Assembly (NCBI GenBank): GCA_050258555.1 | Contig: JBLMZA010000129.1 | Location: 21,026-85,025 of the forward strand | DNA length: 64,000 nt | Reading direction: 5' to 3' | Origin: Acidobacteriota bacterium | Lineage (GTDB): Bacteria > Bacteroidota > Ignavibacteria > UBA10030 > UBA8401 | In this document: one piece after another, positions 46,927 to 56,645 of the stretch | How positions within the stretch are numbered: position 1 is the stretch's first letter | Layout: every line of letters begins with the position of its first letter | Translations under genes and position numbers: made by a program | The notes under the pieces: generated by a model | What the model was told of the DNA's origin: nothing | The model's input: the letters and a program-made list of their open reading frames with translations, nothing else | Databases searched by the model: none

Positions 46927-47723
46927 GATCCGACCTTCATACACATACATACCTCTGTAACCACGCAGATGGAACCGCAGAAGAGTATATCGAAAAAGCC
47001 GTCGAGTACGGATTCGACATGATCGGGTGCACGGACCATGCGCCGATGCCCGACAACTACGACGCGAAACACCGCATGACGATCGAACAATTCGAGAGCG
47101 TCTACAAGCCTTCGGTGCTCGCGCTGAAGGAGCGCTGCCGCGGATCGATCGACGTGAAGTTCGGCGTCGAAAGCGATTTCTTTCCCGGCACCGAAGAGTG
47201 GGTGCGCGCGTTTCACGCGGCGAATGAATTCGACTATGTGATCGGCTCCGTGCATTATCTGGGCGAATGGGGATTCGACAACCCCGTCTTCGTCCATCGT
47301 TATGAGGAAGAAAATATCGACGAGATCTATGAGCGCTACTACGACCATATCCGGCGCTCGGCCGAATCGGGACTCTTCGACATCATCGGCCACTGCGATC
47401 TGGTGAAGAAGTTCGGACACCGCCCCAAGAAAAATTTCGATGAAATCCTGCACGAGACCATGAAGGCCGTCAAACGCGCCGATATCGCCATCGAGATCAA
47501 CACATCGGGCCTGAGAAAGCCGGTGAAGGAAGTCTATCCGGGAGAGCGCATTCTTGCGATCGCCTCCGATCTCGGCATCCCGCTCACGCTCGGCTCCGAT
47601 GCGCACACGCCGGGCGATGTCGGCAGGGATTTCGAACTCGGGCGCGCGCTCATCGAACGCTATGGAGGCGGCCGTGTCTCCGTCTTTACCCGGCGCCAGC
47701 GCTCCGAGGTGAGGGTATCCTAG
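46923..47723 (+). CDS. hisJ: Histidinol-phosphatase, PHP/HisJ family
   Basis: DLHTHT...HA, TDHAP, DYVIGSVH, GHCDLVKKF, EINTSG, GSDAH. Confidence 0.88.
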   Translation: MRSDLHTHTYLCNHADGTAEEYIEKAVEYGFDMIGCTDHAPMPDNYDAKHRMTIEQFESVYKPSVLALKERCRGSIDVKFGVESDFFPGTEEWVRAFHAANEFDYVIGSVHYLGEWGFDNPVFVHRYEEENIDEIYERYYDHIRRSAESGLFDIIGHCDLVKKFGHRPKKNFDEILHETMKAVKRADIAIEINTSGLRKPVKEVYPGERILAIASDLGIPLTLGSDAHTPGDVGRDFELGRALIERYGGGRVSVFTRRQRSEVRVS

Positions 47724-47725
47724 CC

Positions 47726-48175
47726 ATGCGTTCCGTTGATCCCCGTGTGGTGCTTATCGTGGTTCTTGCTGCCGCTGCTTCCGTGCTCGGCTATTGCCGG
47801 TATGTCTCCGGACCCGCCTCCGAGGCGCCGGGGCTTCCGGCGTTTTCCCCGCCTACAGTCCCGGAGGCGCCGCCGGCCTCGCGCATGCGCTCGATGATCG
47901 ATACGACACTCAAAGCGCTCGGCGCTCCGAAAAAGTTCGTCCAGTTCCGCACAAACCGCGACTCGGGAAATGTGCCCGAAGCCGTCGCGGGCGTGCCCGC
48001 ATCGTTCGATGAGCTGCGGCTGATCAGAGCCTTGACCGATTCGCTCGCCTCCTGGCAGTGCACGCTTTCGGCGCGCAAAAGTCTGAAAGAAAAAACAACG
48101 ACGATCCGCATCGAGGATCGCAGCCATACATGCATGTACCGATTGATTCTCTACAGAAAGGAGTTGTCCCATTAG
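47726..48175 (+). CDS. Hypothetical membrane-anchored protein
   Basis: N-terminal hydrophobic helix, Pro-rich linker; fills the gap between hisJ and glyQS on the same strand. Confidence 0.55.
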   Translation: MRSVDPRVVLIVVLAAAASVLGYCRYVSGPASEAPGLPAFSPPTVPEAPPASRMRSMIDTTLKALGAPKKFVQFRTNRDSGNVPEAVAGVPASFDELRLIRALTDSLASWQCTLSARKSLKEKTTTIRIEDRSHTCMYRLILYRKELSH

Positions 48176-48197
48176 TACGAATAATGCTTCAGCCGTG

Positions 48198-49640
48198 ATG
48201 GACAAAATCGTGTCCCTGGCCAAGCGCCGGGGCTTTGTCTTCCAGTCCAGTGAAATTTACGGCGGCCTCAACGGCTGCTGGGATTACGGCCCGCTCGGCG
48301 TCGAGATGCTCAACAACCTCAAGCAGGCCTGGTGGCGCTCCATGACATTCCGCGACGACGTCGAAGGCGTCGATGCGTCGATCCTCATGCACCCGCGCGT
48401 GTGGGAGGCGTCGGGACATGTGGCGAACTTCACCGATCCGATGGTCGACTGCAAGCAGTGCAAGAGCCGCTACAGAGTCGACGTGCTGCTGGAAGAGACC
48501 TCGCTCAAGAAGAAGAAAGAAATCCTCCGCGCACTCGATCCCGAACGCTTCAAGGGACAGTTGGCCGACCAGACGGTCGCAGACGAGTTTGCCGCGCGCA
48601 CAAGCGATGAGGACACCGCCGCGCACATCATCCAGGACCTCATGACGTGCCCCACGTGCGGATCGAAGAACGCCTTCACCGCCGCGCGCCAGTTCAATCT
48701 CATGTTCAAGACGTTCGTCGGCCCTGTCGAGGATACGAACAACGTCGTCTATCTGCGCCCCGAAACGGCCCAGGGCATCTTCGTCAATTTCCTGAACGTG
48801 CAGTCGGCATCGCGCCAGAAGCTGCCCTTCGGCATCGCGCAGATCGGCAAGGCCTTCCGCAACGAGATCAACACGAAGAACTTCCTTTTCCGCACGCGCG
48901 AATTCGAGCAGATGGAGATGCAGTATTTCGTGAAGCCGGGCGAAGAGGACAAGTATTTCGAGTATTGGCGCGAGCAGCGCATGAAATGGTTCGTCGATCT
49001 CGGCATGAAGCCCGAGAATCTCCAGTGGCACAAGCACGAGAAGCTGGCGCATTACGCCAAGGCCGCCTACGATATCGAGTTCAACTTCCCGTTCGGCTGG
49101 GGCGAGATCGAAGGCATCCACTCGCGCACCAATTTCGACCTCTCGCGCCACGAGGAATTTTCGGGCAAGAGCATGCGCTACTTCGACGACCAGACGAAGG
49201 AGAAGTTCGTGCCGTTCGTGATCGAAACCTCCGCCGGGGCCAGCCGCTCGTTCATGGCCTTTCTGGCCGCGGCCTACGACGAGGAACTCGCGCCGACCGG
49301 CTCGGGCGGCGAAGAGCAGCGCGTCGTATTGCGGCTGCATCCGAAGCTTGCGCCGATGAAGGCCGCCGTGCTGCCTTTGGTCAACCGCGACGGCATGGAT
49401 GACATCGGCAAAAAGCTCGCATCCGATCTTCAGAATTCGTTCCGTGTGTTTTACGACGACTCGGGCGCGGTCGGCCGCCGCTACCGGCGCCAGGATGAGA
49501 TCGGCACGCCCTACTGCTTCACGATCGATTCCGAAACGCTTGCCGACCAGACCGTGACCGTGCGCGAGCGCGACTCGATGCAGCAGGAGCGCATCGCTCT
49601 CGATCGCGTGAAGGCGTATCTGGCCGAACGCATCGTTTGA
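48198..49640 (+). CDS. glyQS: Glycine--tRNA ligase (alpha2 type)
   Basis: SEIYGG...DYGPLG, YLRPETAQGIF, GKAFRNEI, FRTREFEQME, GRRYRRQDEIGTP. Confidence 0.96.
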   Translation: MDKIVSLAKRRGFVFQSSEIYGGLNGCWDYGPLGVEMLNNLKQAWWRSMTFRDDVEGVDASILMHPRVWEASGHVANFTDPMVDCKQCKSRYRVDVLLEETSLKKKKEILRALDPERFKGQLADQTVADEFAARTSDEDTAAHIIQDLMTCPTCGSKNAFTAARQFNLMFKTFVGPVEDTNNVVYLRPETAQGIFVNFLNVQSASRQKLPFGIAQIGKAFRNEINTKNFLFRTREFEQMEMQYFVKPGEEDKYFEYWREQRMKWFVDLGMKPENLQWHKHEKLAHYAKAAYDIEFNFPFGWGEIEGIHSRTNFDLSRHEEFSGKSMRYFDDQTKEKFVPFVIETSAGASRSFMAFLAAAYDEELAPTGSGGEEQRVVLRLHPKLAPMKAAVLPLVNRDGMDDIGKKLASDLQNSFRVFYDDSGAVGRRYRRQDEIGTPYCFTIDSETLADQTVTVRERDSMQQERIALDRVKAYLAERIV

Positions 49641-49678
49641 GCGCAGAGTAAACCAGACAGAAAGGGCGGATAGGACGT

Positions 49679-50635
49679 ATGACAGCCTCAGAGCTCTTTA
49701 TCAATCCGAAGGAGGGCCGCCTTCGCGCCGCATGGCGCATGGCGATCTTCATCGCGGCATTCATGCTCCTGAACTCGGGGGTCTTTGCCGTGCTCATTCC
49801 GCTGTTGACGTCGGCGGGCATCGTGCGCTCGCGCGTTCTCTTTACGGTCATCACGTATCTTGTGGTGACCGTGGTGACCTGGGGCGTCTGCCGATGGATC
49901 GACCGGCGCCCGCTTCGCTCGGTGGGGCTCGGCTTCCATGACCGGACGCTTGTGGAACTCTCCCAGGGCCTTGCGCTGGGCGCGCTGATGATGGGCGTGA
50001 TCTTTCTGGCGATCACGGCCTCCGGCATGGCCGAATTCCACTGGAAGGATCTTTCCTGGACGCAGGCCGCGTGGATGGCCGCTGTCTCCTTCGCCGAGTT
50101 TGCGGCCGTGGCCTGGGGCGAAGAGCTGCTCTTTCGGGGCTATCTCTTTCAGACGCTGGCCGAAGGCACGACGCGCATCACGGCCGTCGCCGTCTTTGCC
50201 GTCTTCTTCGGCGTTGTGCATATGGGCAATCCGAATGTCACGTTTTTCTCGCTCGTCAATATCGCGATCGCCGGCGTGTGGCTCTCGGCGGCCTATTTCA
50301 AGACGCGGGGATTGTGGCTGCCGGTCGGCCTGCATTTTTCCTGGAATTTCTTCCAGAACCATGTGTTCTCGTTTCCCGTGAGCGGCATACAGATGTCGGA
50401 AACGCAGCTGGGCACCGTCACAGACCGCGGACCCGAATGGCTCACCGGCGGCGCCTTCGGACCCGAAGGCGGGGCCATCGCGACGGTGATGCTTCTTGCC
50501 GGCTCCGCCTTCATATGGTTTTCTCCGGCCATACGCCCCTCTGCCTGGGCGTGGGTGAAATGGCCGGCCCCCGGCGAAACGAAGACCGGCCAGGTGCTTC
50601 AAGGCGAGGCCGGAAGCAGTCCTGATGCGGTATGA
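49679..50635 (+). CDS. CPBP/Abi-family intramembrane metalloprotease
   Basis: EELLFRGY, FGVVH, HFSWNF, TGGAFGPEG. Confidence 0.9.
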   Translation: MTASELFINPKEGRLRAAWRMAIFIAAFMLLNSGVFAVLIPLLTSAGIVRSRVLFTVITYLVVTVVTWGVCRWIDRRPLRSVGLGFHDRTLVELSQGLALGALMMGVIFLAITASGMAEFHWKDLSWTQAAWMAAVSFAEFAAVAWGEELLFRGYLFQTLAEGTTRITAVAVFAVFFGVVHMGNPNVTFFSLVNIAIAGVWLSAAYFKTRGLWLPVGLHFSWNFFQNHVFSFPVSGIQMSETQLGTVTDRGPEWLTGGAFGPEGGAIATVMLLAGSAFIWFSPAIRPSAWAWVKWPAPGETKTGQVLQGEAGSSPDAV

Positions 50636-50665
50636 TTTCTTTTTTCTGATGCAGACGTGGTTGAG

Positions 50666-51832
50666 ATGAACAGTGATGTACGAACATATGCGGGAATGAT
50701 CCTCATGCTTGTGTGCTGGCTTTCACAGCCGGCGCACGCGCAGTGGATCACCGATCCTGATTACGAGGCGCACGCGCAGCGCGGGATCGCCGAAGTCTAT
50801 AACCTCGAGTTCCAGAAGGCCGAGTCGGAGTTCCAGTACCTGATACAGAAATATCCGCATCATCCCTCGGGCAAATTCTTCCTGGCGATGGTCGACTGGG
50901 GACGCATCACGCTCGATATCGACAACGAATCGATGGATGAACGGTTCATCCAGAAACTGAACGATGTGATCGACATGTGCGACGACATGCTCGACCGCGA
51001 CGAGAACGATGTGGCGGCGCTCTTTTTCAAGGGCGGCGCGCTCGGATTCCGCGGCCGGCTCTATGCGCACAGAGGGGCCTGGATGAAGGCCGCCAACGAC
51101 GGGCGGCTGGCGCTGCCGATTGTGCAGCGGGCCTATAAGATCGCCCCGACCAATTACGACATCCTGCTCGGCATCGGCATCTACAACTATTACGCCGAGG
51201 TGATCCCGGAGCAGTATCCGGTCGTCAAGCCGGTGATGGTCTTCTTCCCGCCGGGCGACAGAAAGCGGGGCATCCGGCAGCTCGTGCAGGCCGGACTGCA
51301 TGCGAAATACGCTTCGGCTGAAGCCAATTATTTCCTCCTGCAGCTCTACTATACGTACGAGAAGCAGTACGACAAGGGAATCGAGATGGGGAAGATGCTC
51401 CTGGAGCGCTACCCGAAGAATGTGCTCGTGCACCGATACCTTGGACGGTGCTATGTGAGCCGCGCCCAGTGGCCTGAGACGCGCGCGGTGTTCAGCGAAA
51501 TTCTCTCGCGCTGCAATAACGGATATACAGGCTACAGCCCGAACACCAAGCGCGAGGCGCTCTATTACCTCGGCGTCAGCCAGATGAACCTGAACCAGCT
51601 GGATGATGCGCTCCGCGCCTTCTACCAGTGCGATGAACTCTGCCGGCAGATCGACGTGAAGAAGGAATCGGGGTACATGCCGCTGACCAATCTGAAGATC
51701 GGCATGATCTACGATCTTCAGTCGAAGCGTGCGCTTGCCCTGGAGCAGTACAGGAAAGTGCTGCAGATGGATGACTACGATAATTCGCGCGACCTGGCCG
51801 AACGCTACAGCCATTCGCCCTTCGTGCGGTAA
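50666..51832 (+). CDS. Secreted TPR-repeat protein
   Basis: Signal peptide (AHA-Q); helical repeats; LGIGIYNYY motif; start may be GTG 50657. Confidence 0.75.
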   Translation: MNSDVRTYAGMILMLVCWLSQPAHAQWITDPDYEAHAQRGIAEVYNLEFQKAESEFQYLIQKYPHHPSGKFFLAMVDWGRITLDIDNESMDERFIQKLNDVIDMCDDMLDRDENDVAALFFKGGALGFRGRLYAHRGAWMKAANDGRLALPIVQRAYKIAPTNYDILLGIGIYNYYAEVIPEQYPVVKPVMVFFPPGDRKRGIRQLVQAGLHAKYASAEANYFLLQLYYTYEKQYDKGIEMGKMLLERYPKNVLVHRYLGRCYVSRAQWPETRAVFSEILSRCNNGYTGYSPNTKREALYYLGVSQMNLNQLDDALRAFYQCDELCRQIDVKKESGYMPLTNLKIGMIYDLQSKRALALEQYRKVLQMDDYDNSRDLAERYSHSPFVR

Positions 51833-51887
51833 TGTGTGTGTGTGATACGATGCTTTCTCAACGAACAATCGTTCTATTAAACGCGCT

Positions 51888-52643
51888 ATGACTCAAACGC
51901 TCATCATTCTCCTTGCCGGAGTGCTCGCCTCCGCCGCCGAAATTGTCGGCGGAAGCCTCGTGGTCTTCAGAAGCACGATGCCGAAAAAAGTCCAGGAATA
52001 CCTGCTGGCGCTCGGCGCCGGATTTCTGCTGGCACTCGTGATCGTGGAACTGATTCCGGAAAGCATCGAGGGCATCGGACAGAGCGCACCCATCTGGATC
52101 CTTTTGGGCTTTTCGGTCATCCATCTTGTCGAGCATACGATCGTGGGACATCTGCATTTCGGAGAGGAGACGCATCACGATGTGATGGTCTCGAAAGTGG
52201 CGAGCTATTCGGCGTTCGGCGGACTCTTCATACACGCCTTTTTCGACGGGCTGGCGATTTCGGCGGGCATGTTCTACAATTTCGAGCTCGGGCTCATGAT
52301 CTTCTTCGCCATATTGCTCCACAAATTCCCCGAGGGGCTTACCATCGCCTCGATCATGCTTGCCGCGCGTCATCCGAAAAAAACGGCGCTCTGGGCTTCG
52401 GCCGGCATCGGCATCAGCACGATGATCGGCATCCTCATGATCTTCTTCCTGAAGAATGTGGACGCCCAGATTACAGGCTTCGCCTTCGCGTTTTCGGCCG
52501 GATCGGCGCTCTATGTGGGGGCGAGCGACCTGATTCCCGAGATCAACCATTCGCATCACCGCGTGATCCCGGTCTTCGTCTTCGTGGGCATGCTCTTGTT
52601 TTATCTGAGCGCCGCGCTCATCAAGGTGCTTGTGGGCGTCTGA
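51888..52643 (+). CDS. ZIP-family metal transporter
   Basis: ALGAGFLL, His-rich loop HLHFGEETHH, HAFFDG, HKFPEG, DLIPE. Confidence 0.92.
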   Translation: MTQTLIILLAGVLASAAEIVGGSLVVFRSTMPKKVQEYLLALGAGFLLALVIVELIPESIEGIGQSAPIWILLGFSVIHLVEHTIVGHLHFGEETHHDVMVSKVASYSAFGGLFIHAFFDGLAISAGMFYNFELGLMIFFAILLHKFPEGLTIASIMLAARHPKKTALWASAGIGISTMIGILMIFFLKNVDAQITGFAFAFSAGSALYVGASDLIPEINHSHHRVIPVFVFVGMLLFYLSAALIKVLVGV

Positions 52644-52655
52644 GGCTCGTTTTGC

Positions 52656-53600
52656 TCAGAGCAGGAGGCCGAGCGTGATGCGGTTGATGGCGCCGATCTC
52701 TCCGAGCGACGAGTAGGCGTAGTCGAACCGGAATTTCTCGAGCACCAGTCCCGCGCCGAATGACAGTCCCGCCATGCCGGCCGATGTGCCGATTTTCAAT
52801 TCCTTCCTCCGCTCGTTGCTGTACCCGGCCCGGAAGCGGACCGCCTTGCCAAGCTGCAGCTCGGCGCCGAGCGTGAAGGCCTTGAAATGCCCGATGAACG
52901 AATCCTGCTTGTCGGTGAGCTTGTGGAAGTTGAGGCTCAGGAGCAGGGGCAGATGCTGCGGCTTGACCGTGCCCCCAATGGAAAGATCCAAGGGAAGGTC
53001 TTCTTTCGTGCCGGCATAGGTCGAGAGCTGCGTGCCGAGATTGGAGAGACTGGCGCCGAATGAGATCGGATTGGAGCCGGGAATGACATAGACCATGCCG
53101 AGATCGGCGCCGAGCGCGGTCGATGAATAGTCGGCAAGCGAGGAGAAGATGAATTTCACGGCGGCGCCGTAGTACAGGTTCTCCTCGAGCTGCCGCGCCG
53201 CGGCAATCGAAAGCGCCAGATCGTGCGCGCTGAATGTGCCGAGCGTGGTTCCCTTGCTGTCGGTTTCATCCATCGTGCCGTAGCTGTAATATTGCACGCC
53301 GGCCTGCATCATGCCGACACCCTCGACCGATTGCTCATAGGAGGCGAATCCCGAGTTGATGTCGAGAAGGTGACGCGCGTAGCCGAACTGCGCCTGCGTC
53401 TGCGTCACGGTGGCAAGCGTGGCCGGATTGTAGAAGACGGCCGACGGATCCTCCGTCACGGACACGAAGCTTCCGCCCATGGCGGCCGCACGCGCGCTCA
53501 CGTCATTGCGCAGAAATTCGAACGTCGTGGTCTGTGCCTTCACGGCTCCCGATGCCAGAAGAAGACAGCAGAAGATGATGCAGTGCTTTCGGAAACGCAT
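52656..53600 (-). CDS. porQ: Type IX secretion system protein PorQ
   Basis: Start reassigned to MRFRKH; FEFLRNDVSARAAAMGG, YNPA, NLGTQL, LPL, RAGYSNERRKELK, GLSFGAG. Confidence 0.8.
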   Translation of the reverse strand: MRFRKHCIIFCCLLLASGAVKAQTTTFEFLRNDVSARAAAMGGSFVSVTEDPSAVFYNPATLATVTQTQAQFGYARHLLDINSGFASYEQSVEGVGMMQAGVQYYSYGTMDETDSKGTTLGTFSAHDLALSIAAARQLEENLYYGAAVKFIFSSLADYSSTALGADLGMVYVIPGSNPISFGASLSNLGTQLSTYAGTKEDLPLDLSIGGTVKPQHLPLLLSLNFHKLTDKQDSFIGHFKAFTLGAELQLGKAVRFRAGYSNERRKELKIGTSAGMAGLSFGAGLVLEKFRFDYAYSSLGEIGAINRITLGLLL

Positions 53601-53751
53601 GCCTGTGGTATTCCTTTCGATATGGTCATAGCCGGCTTTGTAAAAGTTACCATATTCGCCCCGGAAAAACAAGACGGCTTTCTTCTCAGTCAAATTATTT
53701 CTATTTTTTATCACGATCGGCTTTCCCATCACCAGACACAGACAGGACGCG

Positions 53752-55467
53752 ATGAGGCAGTCTTTGCGCTTTTGTTTCTTCCGATATCCATTGATTCCCG
53801 CAGTCACGCTTCTATGGCTCCTCTCCGGCTGTGCCGGACAGCGCGCGCCCGAGGGCGGTCCCGTGGATACGGAGCCTCCCCAAATCGTCTCGGCCTATCC
53901 GGCCCCCAACACGGTGAACTTCAGGGATCGCCGCATCGCGCTCGAATTCAGCGAGTATGTCGACCGCGCCTCGGTCGAAAAAGCGGTCTTCATCTCTCCC
54001 TACGTGGCCGATGTGGAGTATGAATGGAGCGGACACGAAGTCGAGATCGTCTTTCCTGAAGGACTGAAAGCCAACACGACATACGTCCTGACGCTCGGCA
54101 CCGACGTCGTGGACATGCACAACCGCAACCGCATGGCGAGCGCCTTCACGCTTGCCTTCTCGACCGGACCCGCGATCGACCGCGGAGCGATCGCCGGACG
54201 CGTCGTCGATCCGAAATCGGAAGGCGTCATGCTCTTTGCCTACCGGCTCGACGAGATCAACGCCGACACGCTCAATCCGGAGAAGACTTCCCCCGACTAC
54301 ATCACGCAGACGGGCACACTCGGCACATACGGACTCTCGCATCTCAGGCTGGGCACATACCGCGTTCTTGCCGTGCGCGATGAGTACCGCGATCTGCTCT
54401 ATACGCCGGAAGTCGATGCGGCGGGCGCCCTGACGCACGATCTCAGGCTTTCGGAAGCCGATACGCTCGCTTCCGGCTGCGATTTCACGCTCGCCCTCGA
54501 AGACACGTCTTCTCCCAGACTGTTGTCTGTCGAAGCGCGCGACAAGCGCCATCTTGTGCTCCGCTTCAGCGAGCCGCTTGATACCGCCTTGTCGCATCCG
54601 CTGGTGACGGCCCTGGATACCTCAAGCGGGCGCCCGCTCGAAGTGACGCACGCATTCATCGAGGATGCCGCATCGCCTGTCGCCGTCGTTGCCCGCACCG
54701 AAAGCCAGGAGACCGGAGCGTCCTACCGCGTCACGGTCGCCGCGGTGTTCGACCGGGCGGGGCATCCGATCAGGCCCGGATTCAATACGCTTGGTGTTGC
54801 CGCATCGGAGCGGCCCGATACGCTTTCGCCCGCTCTCATTTCGGGCACGCTGCGCGATACGATGCAAGCCATTGGCACCGATGCGCGCTTCCGCTTCGAC
54901 TTTTCGGATATCCTTTCGGGTTCGATCCTTCATGCCTTCCGCTTCCGCCTGGGCGATTCGACGGATGCGCCCTTCAGGCTCGAACCGACGACCGCAGGAT
55001 CCGGCATCGTGCTTGTTCCCCAGTCGACGCTTCGCCAGAAATCGCGCTACACGATCCGCCTTCGGATGGATTCCGTGCGAAGCCTCTCGGGTTCGGCGCT
55101 CAAAGACAGCGTGCGAATTTTCCGCTATACGACAATCGATCCGGAAAATTTCAGCTCGATCGAAGGGCGTGTCGAAGCGTCCGCACTGAGTGACACCTCG
55201 CTCACGATTCTTGAAGCCTACCAGACCAAAGCCGATAAAATCGTATCCGCACCCGCCCGCGTGAGCGTGAAGAAGGATCGTTCATTCATCTTTCCGATGC
55301 TGGGGGAAGGAAATTACGGATTGCGCGCCTTCAGCGACTATAACCGCAATGGCAGGCTCGATGCGGGCCGTGTCTATCCGTTCATGCCGAGCGAGCCGTT
55401 TGTGGTCGGACGCGACACGGTGAAGCTGCGGGCGCGATGGCCGGTTGAAGGCGTGCTTGTGCGCTGA
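53752..55467 (+). CDS. Ig-like (Big_5) domain lipoprotein
   Basis: Lipobox LSGC; PEGGPVDTEPP, FSEYV, LKANTTY, AFSTGPAID, DYNRNGRLDAG; conserved Bacteroidota envelope protein type. Confidence 0.85.
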   Translation: MRQSLRFCFFRYPLIPAVTLLWLLSGCAGQRAPEGGPVDTEPPQIVSAYPAPNTVNFRDRRIALEFSEYVDRASVEKAVFISPYVADVEYEWSGHEVEIVFPEGLKANTTYVLTLGTDVVDMHNRNRMASAFTLAFSTGPAIDRGAIAGRVVDPKSEGVMLFAYRLDEINADTLNPEKTSPDYITQTGTLGTYGLSHLRLGTYRVLAVRDEYRDLLYTPEVDAAGALTHDLRLSEADTLASGCDFTLALEDTSSPRLLSVEARDKRHLVLRFSEPLDTALSHPLVTALDTSSGRPLEVTHAFIEDAASPVAVVARTESQETGASYRVTVAAVFDRAGHPIRPGFNTLGVAASERPDTLSPALISGTLRDTMQAIGTDARFRFDFSDILSGSILHAFRFRLGDSTDAPFRLEPTTAGSGIVLVPQSTLRQKSRYTIRLRMDSVRSLSGSALKDSVRIFRYTTIDPENFSSIEGRVEASALSDTSLTILEAYQTKADKIVSAPARVSVKKDRSFIFPMLGEGNYGLRAFSDYNRNGRLDAGRVYPFMPSEPFVVGRDTVKLRARWPVEGVLVR

Positions 55468-55508
55468 ACATTGCGCGCTGTAGAAACGCCGCCTTCCTCT
55501 TTTCAGCG

Positions 55509-56087
55509 TCAGCGCGCCAGTGTGGAATCGATGGGCTGGGCCAGGGGCATGCGCGGGGGAAGGTGCAGCACGACTTTATCGGGCACGAGCCAGGCATTCG
55601 GAAATCCTTTTTGCTGGATCTCCTCGAGCGCGCGTTTGGCCTCGATGCGCGTTCCGAAATCGCCGATTCTCACCTTGTATGTCGGCGCATCATACAGCAC
55701 GTAGACCCACCAGGTGTCGAACAATTCAAGCAGCGTCGTGCGCATGGAAGAGGATTCCTCGAAGCTGTTCGTGTTCATGACCTGTATGCGGAACCCCTGT
55801 GTGGTTTCGGGCTGCGCGCTTGTCAAGCCGGAGCTCGTCATGAGATCGGCTTGTGAGGTGTCCGATGCGATTGCAGGAATCGGCGCGTCATAGGTCGACG
55901 GCCGGAACGATTTCTCAAACAAGAGCAGACGCTGCCTGCGAAGAGAGAGCGAATCGGATGCGCCGGCGGCGCGTGCCTGCGCCATCATCGGCGACGATGC
56001 GACGGAGGACACAAGCGACAGCGCCGAGGCAAGGATGACCGCTCCGGCAAGCCAGAGCGTGATTACTCGGTGATGCGTACGACCCAT
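55509..56087 (-). CDS. SPOR domain-containing protein
   Basis: GFRIQV, PTYKVRIGDF, FPNAWLVPD. Confidence 0.85.
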   Translation of the reverse strand: MGRTHHRVITLWLAGAVILASALSLVSSVASSPMMAQARAAGASDSLSLRRQRLLLFEKSFRPSTYDAPIPAIASDTSQADLMTSSGLTSAQPETTQGFRIQVMNTNSFEESSSMRTTLLELFDTWWVYVLYDAPTYKVRIGDFGTRIEAKRALEEIQQKGFPNAWLVPDKVVLHLPPRMPLAQPIDSTLAR

Positions 56088-56599
56088 GCCGTTTTATACT
56101 CCCGCGGATATTTTTTTCTGATCGATGCGGCAAAGCGCCGCGCTTCCCCTTGTGTTGCAAATTCTCCGATTGTGACGCGGTAGAGCTTCAAGGCCTCATC
56201 GAAGTGCTGGGCCGCGGGGCGCTTCGTGCGCCTGGCCAGGCGGGCTTTCGCCCGGGCGGCATTGGCTTCCTCGCGGAACGCGCCGATCTGGACGGCGAAG
56301 AGCGTCTGTGCGCGCGGCGTGCGCGGCTGAAGCGCGAGCGCCGAAGGCTCGGGACGATGGTCGTGCTTGGCCGATTCGACTTCGATCGTGTCTTCTTTGG
56401 TGGTGAATCCCTGCCGGGTTGTCTGCGCCGGCGTCTGCGGTCTGTGCGCCGGCGCCTGCATGGTGGTGTCCGGTCGCGCAGCAGCGGCAGTCTGCCCGTC
56501 TGTTTCATCGCTTCCAAGCTCGCCCGATGCCGTGCATCCGGCCAGCAGCGCGCTCACGATGAATGCGCATGCATTGCGAAGCAGCGTGTGTGAATTCAT
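56063..56599 (-). CDS. SPOR domain-containing lipoprotein
   Basis: Lipobox LAGC; FAVQIGAF...NA, LYRVTIGEF, AWVV. Confidence 0.88.
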   Translation of the reverse strand: MNSHTLLRNACAFIVSALLAGCTASGELGSDETDGQTAAAARPDTTMQAPAHRPQTPAQTTRQGFTTKEDTIEVESAKHDHRPEPSALALQPRTPRAQTLFAVQIGAFREEANAARAKARLARRTKRPAAQHFDEALKLYRVTIGEFATQGEARRFAASIRKKYPREYKTAWVVRITE

Positions 56600-56645
56600 G
56601 ACAATCTCTTTCTTCCGTCTCCGGAGTGGTGAGAAGGGCGCGCGC

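Noticed and set aside
48440-48670. Insertion between CxxC pairs in GlyRS
   Set aside because: A known variable zinc-binding insertion region of alpha2 GlyRS
51833-51844. (TG)6 tract as a phase-variation site
   Set aside because: Short and intergenic, with no evidence that it sits within a promoter spacer
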